Source: Octopus vulgaris (Eukaryota). From it: a stretch of 64,000 bases of DNA. Positions 39,132 to 54,109 of this stretch are shown here, in pieces. The position numbers and the translations under genes were made by a program. The stretch's first letter is position 1; every line of letters begins with the position of its first letter. Under the pieces are notes generated by a model. That model searched no databases. It worked only from the letters and a program-made list of their open reading frames with translations, and had not been told where the DNA came from. The stretch lies in NCBI GenBank assembly GCA_951406725.2, contig OX597817.1, forward strand, positions 162,316,001-162,380,000, written 5' to 3'.

Positions 39132-40134
39132 TCTTTATCACAGGTTTTGTTGGAGCTCCTGGAATCTTGCATGCGTAGCTGGCTTACTACCAGCAGCCTA
39201 CGGTACCATGCTATTCGTTCTTTTCAGCTAACATTTTCCTGATAATTTTGGCCGTACCAATGAGGCAAACCTTTCGTAATAGTTCTACTGGGCACTCTAT
39301 TCCAATTTCCTTTATATTCCTCTTGATGCCTTCTGATATTGTTCCCAAGGACCCAACAATAATTAGCACTATTTTCACCTTCTTCATTTTCTATAGCCGG
39401 GCTATTTCGTACTTAAGAGGGTTGTATCTATCTATCTCTTCGCCTTCCTTCTTGTCTATTCGTAGGTCAAAGGGGCATGCAACATTAACTATATAGCATA
39501 TGTGGTACACCTTGTCCACTACCACCAGGTCCGGTCTGTTATGCTATAGCCCCTGATCTGTTTGGACTGGAATATCCCAGAGGATTTTGCTAGACTCCGA
39601 CTCCGCCACTCTCTGCGGTCTGTGCTCATACCACGTCTTCCCACTATCTAGCCTCCACTTTCCGCACAGTTTCCAATGTAGCACTTTTGCTACCTGGTCG
39701 TGTCACCAAAACTTGTAGTGGTTTAGGGCAAGTCTAAGGCATTCGTTCATGATATGAGCAATAGTTTCATCCACTCTATTGCAGATGCAGCACAGCAGAG
39801 ACACTTGCTCATTCCTCAGGTTGACCCTCTTGTTTGTGGCCAGAGCTTGGTCCTGTGCCGCCAGTATAGTGCTTTTGGTCTCTTTTTTTTTTTAGAGTTC
39901 CTTTCATCAGCCAATACCACCTATTTTTTCCAGCAACTTCGGTTGTGGCTACATGGAATTGGTTGTGTAGTCCCTTGTTGCGTAATTCTTCTTCATGTCC
40001 TTTTTGTACTTCTTCCTTTGTTTTCCCTTTTTTCTCTGCTCTCAATACTCCCTCGTTCCTAACTGTCACTAGTAAGATTTCCTTACTTTGGACTAGGTTT
40101 CATCCTTATTGTTTCTAGGTGTCTTCTTAGTTGA
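39130..40134 (-). mobile_element. Second R4/Dong-like family, 5'-truncated
   Basis: Minus-strand WLMKGTLKK, ILAAQDQAL, ETIAHIMNEC..HDQVAKVLHWKLC, ILWDIPVQTD..HNRPDLVVVDK and LRKVCLIGTAKIIRK; (TAA)n tail; 26-bp TSD at 38682-38707 and 40135-40160. Confidence 0.9.
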
Positions 40135-40171
40135 TAGTGTTGTTTGCGTTATTTGTTATTGTTGTTGTTGT

Positions 40172-40385
40172 TAAGGCGGCGAGCTGGCAGAATTGTTAGT
40201 ACGCTGGACAAAATGCTTAGAGGTATTTCGCCCGTCGCTACGTTCTGAGTTCAAATTGCACCGAGGTCGACTTTGCCTTTCATCCTTTCGAGGTCGATAA
40301 AATAAGTACCAGTTGAGTACTGAGATCAATGCAATCGACTATCCCCCTCCCCCAAATCTTAGGTCTTGTGCCTATAGCAGAAAGT
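40172..40385 (+). mobile_element. SINE family B (old tail)
   Basis: aaggcggcgagctggcagaa..cccctcccccaaatcttaggtcttgtgcctatagcagaaag. Confidence 0.88.
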
Positions 40386-40416
40386 ATTATTATCATTATT
40401 ATTATTATCGTCAACG

Positions 40417-40522
<106 letters not shown>

Positions 40523-41571
40523 CATTATTACCACCCTCATCACTACCACCAACGTCATTATCATTATATTGATCAAAACATGCAGTTTCAGTTTCGAGCT
40601 CTTCTATCAACACTGAGGGGGGGAAATATAAGAGGAGACAAGACAGTTCACTTATAATTTTCCGTTTGCTCTGATATACATTTGAACAACAAGATTTGCT
40701 GCAAAACAACGTATTGTGGTCCATAGTATTTATCTAGTATTTATCTAGCATACAAAGATTTGCTTTGGGTGCCTTGACTCGTGAAACACAGAGAACAATT
40801 GTCCAGTGTGTTCATCTCTTAAAACAGCATTCATTAGAAATGGAAATTTTGGGTATCCACAGGATGCTTATAGAAATTTGGGGAACTTCTAAAATTCAGA
40901 GACAATCAAATAAACTATAAACTAAAAAAAAAATAGTATCAATCTAACTTCCTATCTTTGAATTTCTCACAAATATACAGTCCATTGCTTGATGCGAAAC
41001 CGTTCAGATATAGATTACGTTAATCGTAGAAATACAAGTAAATATATTAAATGAATATGAATAGCTTTTCTGCACAGAATTTATCTCACAGTTTCAGTAT
41101 ATAAAGATTGTTGATATATCTGCCTACTATTTCAGAGCGAAAAGGACGTCACTTCACTTCTGCACCTGCACTGTACAAACGGAAGGAAGTCGCAGCGGAT
41201 ATAAAATAATTTTAATTTATTTTATGATATTCAAAAATATGTATGAGTATGCGTAGGTATGTATATAGAGTCAAAATTAACGACGTGAATATCGAAAAGA
41301 AGACAAAGTGAAAACAATGTGCAATTATCAACCTGATGATCATTGAGATATTAAGAAAGTAGAATGGCTTTGACGTTTTGACCTTAAACGCTTTTTCAGA
41401 AAGTTATAGTTAGAAGAAAGAAAGAAAAACTGAATCATGTGTGTATGCAAGTAAGTAAGTATGTATGTATGCATGTATGTATGTATGTATGTATGTATGT
41501 ATGTATGTATGTATGTATGTATGTATGTATGTATGTATGTATGTATGTATGTATGTATGTATGTATGTATG

Positions 41572-41605
<34 letters not shown>

Positions 41606-41924
41606 TGTATGTATGAATGTATGTATGTATGTATGTATGTATATATGTATGTTCTTTATCACATCATACAGTCTACATAGACATAGAGATAGATAGATAG
41701 ATGGATGGATGGATAGGTAGAGAGATAGATTCATACATACACACATACATGCATGCATACATACATATATGTATACATATGTATGTGCAAATACATATAT
41801 ATATACACACATATGTATATATATGTGTATGAATATAAATATATAAGTATATATGTATATATGTATATATCTATGTATGTATGGATACATATATATAAAT
41901 ATATATATATATATGCGTATATAT

Positions 41925-41979
<55 letters not shown>

Positions 41980-42322
41980 TTCATTCGCAAACACGTTATA
42001 TATATATATATATATATATAAACGTGTGTGCAAATGAATCTATATATAAATATATAAGTTTATCTGTCTTTCCATCTATAAATTTTGTTTTCCCTATCTG
42101 TGCGTATATTTATTTATCTATCTGTCAGCCTGTTGGTGGACTTTGGTATAATTTAGATGCAGACACACAGCTGAAAATAATTATATGCCCGTGTATGATG
42201 AAGTAACTAGACGTATGAAAGACAGAACAGAAACGACTTTGTTGGTCTTAATCTTAATGTCGAGCGCGCATACACGCATGCACACACACACACACACACG
42301 CATACTGGTGATTACATACATA

Positions 42323-42361
<39 letters not shown>

Positions 42362-42736
42362 ATGTATGGATGGATGGATGGATGAATTGCTTACATTTGT
42401 CTAGCTGCATGTTACTTTTTTTTTCTTCTTCCACTGATAATCAATATTTTCTGTTGATTCTGCCCTCAACTCCACCAAGAAATGTCGGCTGCACCATCAC
42501 CACTACCACTACCACCACCACCACCACCACCACCGCCACCGCCACCGCCACCACCATTAGTAGCAACACCACTAACACCACCATCACCACCACCATCAAT
42601 TATACCACCATCACCATCCCCATCACCAACATACATACCTAAACATTGTTACTAATGCCACAACAGAAAGTTGTCGGCTGTTTATTGATTTCTTTGAAAC
42701 ACGTATATACATACATATGCATATACACACACACAC

Positions 42737-42769
<33 letters not shown>

Positions 42770-43657
42770 CATACATATATACATACATACATATATACAT
42801 ACATACATACATACATACATACATACATACTTACACACATACATATATACATACATACATACATACATACATACATACATACATGCATATATGCATGCAT
42901 GCATACATGCATATACACGTAGATAGATTTGTGTGCGTGTGCATGATATAAATATACGTGTGTACATATACATATATGTAGATGTATAGGTATGTATGTA
43001 TGTCTATGTGTTTGTGTGCGTATACACACACACACACACACACACGTACACACACATGTTTGTATGTGTGTATGTATGTATGTATGTATGTATGTATGTA
43101 TGTATGTAGGTAGGTATATACTTACATACTTGTGCCCATATATAAACATACACAAACATTCATAATATACATACATACCGAGACACAGAGACATATACGC
43201 ACCTGCTCACACACAAACACACACACACATATATGTACGCGCTCACACACATATACATACACACACATACATACATACATACATACATACATACATACAT
43301 ACATACATACAAACATACATACGTATGTACACACACACATACAAACACACACACACACATATATGTACACGCTCACACATACATACACACACACACACAC
43401 ATACATACATACATACACACATGCATACATACACACATACATACATACACACACACATAATACACACATACATACATACATACATACATACATACATGCA
43501 TACATACATACATACACACATACATACATACACACACACATAATACACACATACATACATACATACATACATACATACACACACATACATACATACATAC
43601 ATACACACACATGCATACATACATACGTATGTACACACACACACAAACACACACACA

Positions 43658-43693
<36 letters not shown>

Positions 43694-43809
43694 CGTTTTC
43701 CTTTCTCCTTTTACATCTAAAAGAGAGGACTATGATTGATCTAGCAATCTAGTGTATGAATTAGAACACGTGACTCGCCGAATCTTGTGAAGTTGCCTGC
43801 CATCAGAGC

Positions 43810-44800
43810 TATCACCTTCTCCACCACCAAAACCACCGCCGCCGCCACAACAACTACCACTACCACACAAACTATCATCATCACCACCACCACCACCACC
43901 ACCATCAACACAAACACCACCACTACCAACACCACCATCACAATATCTTCAACAGCTACTGGCACAGAAACCATCGCTTTCACCACCCTTACATTCTTAG
44001 GACCACCACCACCATCACCACCACCACCACCACCACCAGTACTACCAACACTGCAACCACAACCACCACAACCATCAGCACCACCATAACCACCAGCACC
44101 ACAACCAGCACCGACCGCAACCACCATCACCACCACTACCACCACCACCACCACCACCACCACCACCACCACCACCACCACCACCCACAACGACAATTGC
44201 AACACTACCGCAACCACCACCATCACCACCACCAGTACTACCAACACTGCAACCACAACCATCACAACCATCAGCACCGCTATAACCACCAGCACCGTCA
44301 CCATCATCACCACCACCACCACCACCACCACCACCACCACCACCACCACCACTACCACCACCACTACCACCACCACCAGTACTACCAACACTGCAACCAC
44401 CACAACCATCAGCACCACCATAACCACCAGCACCACAACCAGCACCGACCGCAACCACCATCACCACCACTACCACCACCACCACACCACCACCACCACC
44501 CACAACGACAATTACAACACTACCCCCAACCACCACCATCACCACCACCAGTACTACCAACACTGCAACCACAACCATCACAACCATCAGCACTGCTATA
44601 ACCACCAGCACCGTCACCATCATCACCACCACCACCACCACCACCACCTCTACCACCACCACCACCTTCACCTGTTACACGGCCATCATCACTATCAACA
44701 TCGTCACCATCAATAGCGTCAGTCACATTATTTCACTATCACCTTCACTACCACACTAAAACCACCAACGACAGCCACCCCCTTAACATCACGATTGCGG
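43810..44800. repeat. (ACC)n-derived minisatellite with higher-order units
   Basis: The block accagtactaccaacactgcaaccac recurs four times, near 44035, 44231, 44375 and 44547. Confidence 0.85.
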
Positions 44801-45025
44801 TACAATCACTGTTAGAAAATAAAAAAGGAGGAAAATAAAATAAAACCACCCTTCCTCGCTATCATAACCATCACAACCGTCACCGACGCCACTACCACCA
44901 TACCATCAACTCACCTTTACCACCCGCTGTCACTACTACAACAACCAGCACTTCTACATCTCCATCATCACCAATGGCACCGCCGTCGACACCAGCAGCA
45001 TAACCTCCACCACCAACATTGGTAG

Positions 45026-45240
45026 AGGTAGACGTTGTGGTTTTGATGGTGATGGTAGTTTTGGTACGATGGTAGCAGTAATGGTGGTGACAGCAATGGT
45101 GATGATGATGATCATCACCAATGATGATCATCGTCCCCGTAACAGTAATAGTGATCATCATCATCACCATTGCTGTAACCACCATTACTGCTACCATCGT
45201 ACCAAAACTACCATCACCATCAAAACCACAACGTCTACCT
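45026..45240. repeat. 89-bp inverted repeat with a 37-bp spacer
   Basis: 45026-45114 is the reverse complement of 45152-45240, with one mismatch. Confidence 0.92.
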
Positions 45241-45336
45241 TCACCAACGCTACCCCGCATAGAAAGGGACCCACACCTCCCTGTCAAATCCTAGGTAAGG
45301 CAGCAGACCTCACACGTACACTTAAACGTACGCACA

Positions 45337-45370
<34 letters not shown>

Positions 45371-45450
45371 TACATACATACATACATACATACATACATA
45401 CATACATACATACATACATACATACATACATACATACATACATACATACA

Positions 45451-45481
<31 letters not shown>

Positions 45482-45897
45482 GTACATGTCATATATGTAT
45501 GCACATATATATATATATATGTATTTATAAATATATACATATATAAATATATGTATGGTATGTATGTATGAATATATATACATTCATATAGATATATATA
45601 CATATATATGTATATATCACATAGGTCATTCATATATACAAATACATTATAACATGAATTTCAAACATTCACACACATTCTCAAAACATACACGTAACTC
45701 GCACGCGCACACACACACGCACAAACATGCGCACACATATATCCCTTCCCCCAGTATCCTCTGTAATCTAGTTGACACTATTGTCTTGTGGATGTTCACT
45801 GAAACATCGCTAGCTTCATAACTGCATTTCTCTCCCTTATTATCTGTCTCAAAATACACATATATTTACATAACATACATACATATATACATACATA

Positions 45898-46059
45898 GGC
45901 GCAGGACTGGCTGTGTGGTAAGTAGCTTGCTTACCAACCACATGGATCCGGGTTCAGTCCCTCAGCGTGGCACCTTGGTCAAGTGTCTTCTACTATAGCC
46001 TCGGGCCGACCAAAGTCTTGTGAGTGGATTTGGTAGACGGAAACTGAAAGAAGCCCGTC

Positions 46060-46116
<57 letters not shown>

Positions 46117-46330
46117 TGTGTATATGTTTGTGTGTCTGTGTTTGTCCTCCCCCAACATCCCTTGACAACCGATGCTGGTGTGTTTACGTCCCCGTAACTC
46201 ACCGGTTCGGCAAAAGCAACCGATAGAATAAGTACTAGGCTTCCAAAGAATAAGTCATGGGGTCGATTTGCTCGACTAAAGGCGGTGCTCCGGCATGGCC
46301 GCAGTCAAATGACTGAAACAAGTAAAACAG
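45898..46330 (+). mobile_element. SINE family A
   Basis: Full-length match. Confidence 0.9.
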
Positions 46331-46943
46331 TAAATAGATACATACATACATACATACACACATACATATATACATGTATGAACATGTGTATAAGGGTCGC
46401 GTGAGTATATAATATAATATTGGTTTCAAATTTTGACGCAGGACCAGCAAGGTCCGAGAGGTTTTAAGTCGTTTACATTAACCCCAGTGTATAACTGGTA
46501 GTTATTTTAACGACACTGACAGGATGAAAGCCAAAGTAGACCTCAACGGGAGACAAAATGCCGCTAAACATATTGCCCGAGATGCTAACGATTCTGCTAG
46601 CTCGCCACCTTATAATAGTAAATAGATCGATCGATCGATCGATAGATAGATAGATAGATTCATACATACATACATACATTTGTATAAACTTTACCGCTCC
46701 CGTTGAGTGTGTTTCAATTACCAAAAGGCAATTGAGACCAGTTCCTTATGAGCAGAGAAGACATCTCAAAAATCAAAACTAATGCTCGAAAGATAAAGAT
46801 AAAGGAAAGTCTTCAACGTTTCGGACGCTAATTCTTCATCAGAAAAAAGGGAAAAATGGAGAAAGGGGGTGGTATGAAGAAGAAGAAGAAGAAGAAGAAG
46901 AAGCTTAAGCGTATGTATGTGTGCGTGTATATATACAATAAGA

Positions 46944-47029
<86 letters not shown>

Positions 47030-47035
<6 letters not shown>

Positions 47036-47290
47036 GCGCTTGGCTTAATTATTAGGGTGTTGCACACACGATTACTAGATCGTGGGGTCGATTCCCAGAC
47101 CGGGTATTGCATTGTGTTCTTGAGTAAAGCATTTCATTTCATGTTGCTCTGTGATCGTTTCGTCATCTGACATGTGGCGGCCCATTGCACCTGTACAGGT
47201 AATGTTGATTTGATGGAGGGAATGAGAGAGCTTATGTGTACACAAACATTTGATCACTATAAACAAACCATCTCTGTGGTTGTTTGGCAA
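47030..47290 (+). mobile_element. SINE family D head with a different tail, diverged
   Basis: tgaaagcgcttggcttaattattaggg..gtcgattcccagacc..gtgttcttgagtaaagcatttcatttcatgttgctc. Confidence 0.65.
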
Positions 47291-48581
47291 GAAATTGCTG
47301 AGCCCTCACATGTCGTCTAACGACGAGAGAGTCTATGATCCCGTCCTTGCTTTTTCCTGTCCGTCTTTGTATCGTCCATCAGTCCGATGTTTTATTGTCG
47401 TCTGTTGCGTTCTTGTTCCATTTTATGGATATATATATATCTTAAAAAAAGAAATATATATATATATCTTCTATATATAAAACTGAAATGCGTTTTTACC
47501 GCTTGGATCGCTTTCAATGCCACTACATCCCGTCCGATTCACTCCAAAATTTACAGGGACATGTAGAATGAGGTGACGATGCTCGTGGGCTACCTTAGAA
47601 ATCCCTATCTTAAAAGGTGTGGTTGCTAGGGGCCATCTTCCTCACTCACCCTATTTCCTCCAGTACCCTCTCACTCCTCTTCATGTGACAAGTCCACTCC
47701 AGTTATTTAATGTAAAGTCTTCCTCAAATCACTCTCTCGCTATTTACTCTCTTCCAAGAACATTTTCACTCACTCTTATCTCTTAGCTTCCCATACATTT
47801 TACTCATGTATCTATCAGCGTTCATAGACAGAAACAAATATTACATTGCCCTCGCCATCGCCATCGCCATCGCATTCTATTGTCTACCTGTCAACACACG
47901 CACACATATATACATATATCTAATATTATATTTTTATTTTTATGTTTTTGTTTTTGGTTTTTTACTGTTTCATTTCCCTATTAGTAGTTTAACTCTAATT
48001 TAATTTCTACAGCGTGCACACACACACACACACACACACCTATATGTGGCCCCAGTACACCCGAATGAAATCGGGTTCTCTTCATCAAAATGTGAAAAGA
48101 GGTCTACAATTATCATCGCCACCACCAACACCACCAACACACAATCATGACAATCTTTCTCTTAAAACAAATCATGTTTACATTGCAAAATATTTCATTT
48201 TCCCGTCCTCTCTTTCATATATCACCTTTTCTTTCTCGAGCTCTCTTTTTTCGCCGTCTCTATTTATTCTACAACGAGTCTATCAATGACAGCCGCAAAA
48301 GTTTCAATATTCCTACTTCACCTCTTTCAGAAACGCAACAGATATTATTTTTTTTTGCCGGGGTTAAAGCCCACTACATCCCGTCGGATTCACTCCAAAA
48401 TTTACACCTTCTCTTTCTACCTCTAACTCCCATTCAATTTCTCTTTATCTCCATTCTTAAAGATAATTATCATCGCCACCACAACCAACAACACACAATC
48501 TGGACAATCTTTCTCTTATAACAAATCATGTTTACATTGCAACGACGTCTGCCACCTCCGCCGTCTCTATTTATTCTGCAA

Positions 48582-48779
48582 ATGACCAGAACTCAGGAAA
48601 CTTGGTTGAGTGTTCTATGGTCTATGACCAGAACTCGGGAAACTTGCTTGACTGTTCTATGGTCTATGACCAGAACTCGGGAAACTTGCTTGACTGTTCT
48701 ATGGTCTATGACCAGAACTCGGGAAACTTGGTTGAGTGTTCTATGGTCTATGACCAGAACTTGGGAAACTTGGTTGAGT
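48582..48779. repeat. 42-bp minisatellite, ~4.7 copies
   Basis: Unit atgaccagaactcgggaaacttg(g/c)ttga(g/c)tgttctatggtct. Confidence 0.95.
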
Positions 48780-49433
48780 CCTCATCTTATAAAATGTGGC
48801 CCCAGTAGACCCAAATGAAATCGAGTTATATTAACCAAAATGTGAAAAGGGGTCTAAATGGGGCTGGAAGGGGATTAAAATTTCAAGGAGCGGGTGTTTA
48901 GCAATTCTCTGTTACATCAAGCTAAAAAATTTGCGCCAGCCTTTTAATCGTCAATGTGTTGCCGTCCATGATGAAGAAGTTTTGAATGCTTGCCATGGTG
49001 AGTCTACTGTCATGAGAAAGAATCACTTCAAAACTTGGTGTTTAGGGATTTTCTTTTACATCAAGTTCAAAATTTTACGCCAGCCGTTGAACTGTCAATA
49101 CGTTGCTGTCCGTCGTAAAGAAATGCCAGCCATGGTGACTCTACTATCCTCAAATTCTATCCCTTCAAACTTTGGTTTCCAATATTTTATTATTTTTATT
49201 CAGCTCGCAAGTTCGTCTGTCCCTTTTAAATGTTAGTGTTTTGCTGTCTGTCTTGAAGCAGACCTTTCCGTTGTTACTGCCTGATATTTATGATTGATCT
49301 TTCTAAATATTTTATTTCTCAACTTACTCAAGATCTTTTGTTGTTTATAAATGGGAGAGAGATACATAAAGATAGAGAGTAAGAGAAAGCGAGGAAGAGT
49401 CCGAGAGAAAGGAGAAAGAAACAAAGAGGGAGA

Positions 49434-49742
49434 ATCATCATCATCATCGTTTAACGTCCGTTTTCCGTGCTAGCACGGGTTGGACAGTTTGACAGGGGTC
49501 TGGGAAGCCAGGAGGCTGCACCAGGCTCCAGTCTGATCTGGCAGTGTTTCGACAGGTGGATGCCCTTCCTAACGCCAACCACTCTGTGAGCGTAGTGGGT
49601 GCTTTTTTCGTGCCGCCTGCACAGGTGCCAGGGGGGCTGGCAGCGGCCACGATCGGTTGGTGCTTTTTACGTGCCACCAGCACAGAAGCCAGTCAAGGCG
49701 GCGCTGCAATCCGCCACGTTCGGATGGTGCTTTTTACGTGCT
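49434..49742 (-). mobile_element. RTE-type 3'-tail retroposon fragment
   Basis: Minus strand GGTTGGCGTTAGGAAGGGCATCC..AAAACGGACGTTAAAC(GAT)n; homologous to 60462-60612. Confidence 0.8.
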
Positions 49743-49924
49743 GAAAGGAAGCAACAGAAAGTAACAACCACACTCTTACCCGCGCGTAGAGCGGGTCACC
49801 TTCAGCTAGTATGTATATATATATAAATATATATATATATAAGGAAAAGATCGTTATTTAAATACCGATCTTATCAGGTGGCCAGCATGGGAATAAAAAT
49901 CTTCAAAAGTAATATTTATTAATA

Positions 49925-50103
49925 AAATTATAATTTAGGGTATTTAAGAGATACCACCACGCTGGAAATAGCAGCCAAAACTTGACTCTAAAACCACATT
50001 AAATGTTCATACTAGTGGTGTATGAACATTTAATGTGGTTTTAGAGTCAAGTTTTGGCTGCCATTTCCAGCGTTATGGTATCTCTTAAATACCCTAAATT
50101 ATA

Positions 50104-50107
<4 letters not shown>
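49925..50107. repeat. Near-perfect palindrome, 88-bp arms with a 7-nt loop
   Basis: 49925-50012 pairs with 50020-50107; loop TAGTGGT. The module is bounded by (TA)n. Confidence 0.95.
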
Positions 50108-50163
<56 letters not shown>

Positions 50164-50165
<2 letters not shown>

Positions 50166-50580
50166 AGTGGCTGTGTGGTAAGTAGCTTGCTTACCAACCA
50201 CATGGTTCCGGGTTCAGTCCCACTGCGTGGCATCTTGGGCAAGTGTCTTCTGCTATAGCCTCGGGCCGACCAATGCCTTGTGAGTGGATTTGGTAGACGG
50301 AAACTGAAAGAAGCCTGTCGTATATATGTATATATGCATATGTATGTGTGTGTATATATGTATATGTATCTGTGTTTCTCCTCCCACCATCGCTTGACAA
50401 CCGATGCTGGTGTGTTTACGTCCCCGTCACTTAGCGGTTCGGCAAAAAGAGACCGATAGAATAAGTACTGGGCTTACAAAGAATAAGTTCCGGGGTCGAT
50501 TTGCTCGACTAAAGACGGTGCTGCAGCATGGCCGCAGTCAAATGACTGAAACAAGTAAAAAAGAAAAAAAAAGAAAAAAA
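50164..50580 (+). mobile_element. SINE family A
   Basis: Near full-length match. Confidence 0.9.
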
Positions 50581-50893
50581 GAAATATATATATATAAAAG
50601 AGGTGAAGACTGAAATCCTTTAAAGTGGTGTTAAACGTCCAAGTCCGCCGGTACAGTCCAGGCAAAGAATATATACATAAAATATATATTCAGTATTGGC
50701 AAAAACAATGAAAGGAAAAAAAATGTAGTTGTAGACGACCTTTAATTCATAATCCAGTTTGGTACAGATCCAATATAAATTCTACGAATTATTTTGGAGT
50801 CTAATTAATTCAAAAGGCAAAAATGAAAAACTCTTCTTGAAATAGAAATTAGCTTCTTTGTCAGGAATTACATATTGGTATAAATAATTACAA

Positions 50894-51170
50894 CCAACAA
50901 AAATATAAAAAGACCTTTCATAGCTCAGACGGGAACGAACAAAAATAGGGTATAGATCCCTTCGACCAACAAAAATATAAAAAGACCTTTCATAGCTCAG
51001 ACGGGAACGAACAAAAATAGGGTATAGATCCCTTCGACCAACAAAAATATAAAAAGACCTTTCATAGCTCAGACGGGAACGAACAAAAATAGGGTATAGA
51101 TCCCTTCAACCAACAAAAATATAAAAAGACCTTTCATAGCTCAGACAGGAACGAACAAAAATAGGGTATA
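50894..51170. repeat. 72-bp tandem repeat, ~3.85 copies
   Basis: Units start at 50894, 50966, 51038 and 51110 and are almost identical. Confidence 0.95.
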
Positions 51171-51171
51171 C

Positions 51172-51490
51172 ATGAATGACCATGTGATTGCACCTAGAAT
51201 GTTCCCCTCCGGGGCACAGGTCCGGGAAGGTTGTTTATGGAAGACCAACAGTTGCCCATGCATACTAGTCTCTCCTATCCATACCACTGGCGTTATTCAA
51301 GGCAAAGGCAAAGGCCGATAGTGTTTGGCACCTGTGACGTCGCAACTCATTTCTACAGCTGAGTGAACTGGAGCAACGTGAAATAAAGTGTTTCACTTAA
51401 GAACACAACATCCAGCCTCGTCAGGAATGGAACTCACTGCCTCATGAGTGTGAACCCGACGCTCTAACCATTGAACCATGCGCCTTCACA
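51172..51490 (-). mobile_element. SINE family D head with a third tail type
   Basis: Minus strand GTGAAGGCGCATGGTTCAATGGTTAGAGCG..cactttatttcacgttgctccagttcactcagctg; the tail contains gcctttgcctttgcc. Confidence 0.8.
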
Positions 51491-51571
51491 TACACACATA
51501 CATACATAAATATAATTATATATACATATATATGTGTGTGTGTATATATATATATGTATGTATATGTATAC

Positions 51572-51647
<76 letters not shown>

Positions 51648-52178
51648 TCTTTACTCTTTTACTTGTTTCAGTCATTTGACTGCGGCCATGCTGGAGCACC
51701 GCCTTCAGTCGAGCAAATCGACCCCGGGACTTATTCTTTGTAAGCCTAGTACTTATTCTATCGGTTTCTCTTGCCGAACCGGTGAGTTACGGGGACGTAA
51801 ACACACCAGCATCGGTTGTCAAGCAATGTAATCGACTTAATCCGTTTGTCTGTCCTTGTTTGTCCTCTTTGTGTTTAGCCCCTTGTGGGTAGTAAAGGAA
51901 TAAGAAATAAGAAATGCATTCATCCCTCCTTGTGACGTTTTCTTTTAGCCTTAAAGCTCATGTTTACTTTTTTTGTTTTGTTTTTTAGTTACAACCACTT
52001 GGACGCTAAACATAACCACATTTTACTTCATACAATCACGTGACAACGAAGAAATCTATGCCTGGTCATTCGCTTCACTAGAGATAGCAACCAAATTCCC
52101 TGAAACCACACTATGTTATTTGAGGAGTGGCAGACTCTTTAGATAATATAGTCCTGGACACACCTTGAAGTTTCAGAT

Positions 52179-53834
<1,656 letters not shown>

Positions 53835-54054
53835 ATAAAATAATCTTATAAGAAAACTTATGAAGAACATGTGCACAATAATTTTGTTAAAATAAATTTG
53901 ATATTTGCTAGATTAGTAAATTACCAAATGTGTCTTCAAATACCTGTCGTACCCTGTACATTTATGTGTATTTATTGAAATATATGAATTTTTTGCGTAA
54001 TGAGATAAAAAAAAACCAAGATTGTATAGATATTAGAGCATTTATAGATAGAAG

Positions 54055-54109
54055 GTCTTACAGCTGTTTCTAGGATATTAATTGATAATAATATCCCTTC
54101 ATCGGAGAC
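54055..54109 (-). ncRNA. Minimal type-I hammerhead, U4C core variant
   Basis: Minus strand GUCU-CCGAUGA-A-GGGAUAUUA-uuaucaau-UAAUAUCCU-A-GAAA-CAGCUG-UA^AGAC: stem I GUCU/AGAC, 9-bp stem II, palindromic ACAGCUGU stem III, GUA triplet. Confidence 0.7.

Larger units (their letters stand above)
47467..49809 (+). mobile_element. 2.3-kb non-autonomous Helitron
   Basis: A^TCTTCTATATATAAAA start; hairpin ACCCGC-gcgtaga-GCGGGT (49778-49796) followed by CTAG^T (49806-49809). Internal duplications and a minisatellite. Confidence 0.75.

Noticed and set aside
41368-46848. Hammerhead relics at 41368-41404(-) and 46810-46848(-) as functional ribozymes
   Set aside because: The first has G8A and G12A changes, and the second has a broken stem II and a wobble-rich stem I. 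They are counted only as decayed family members.
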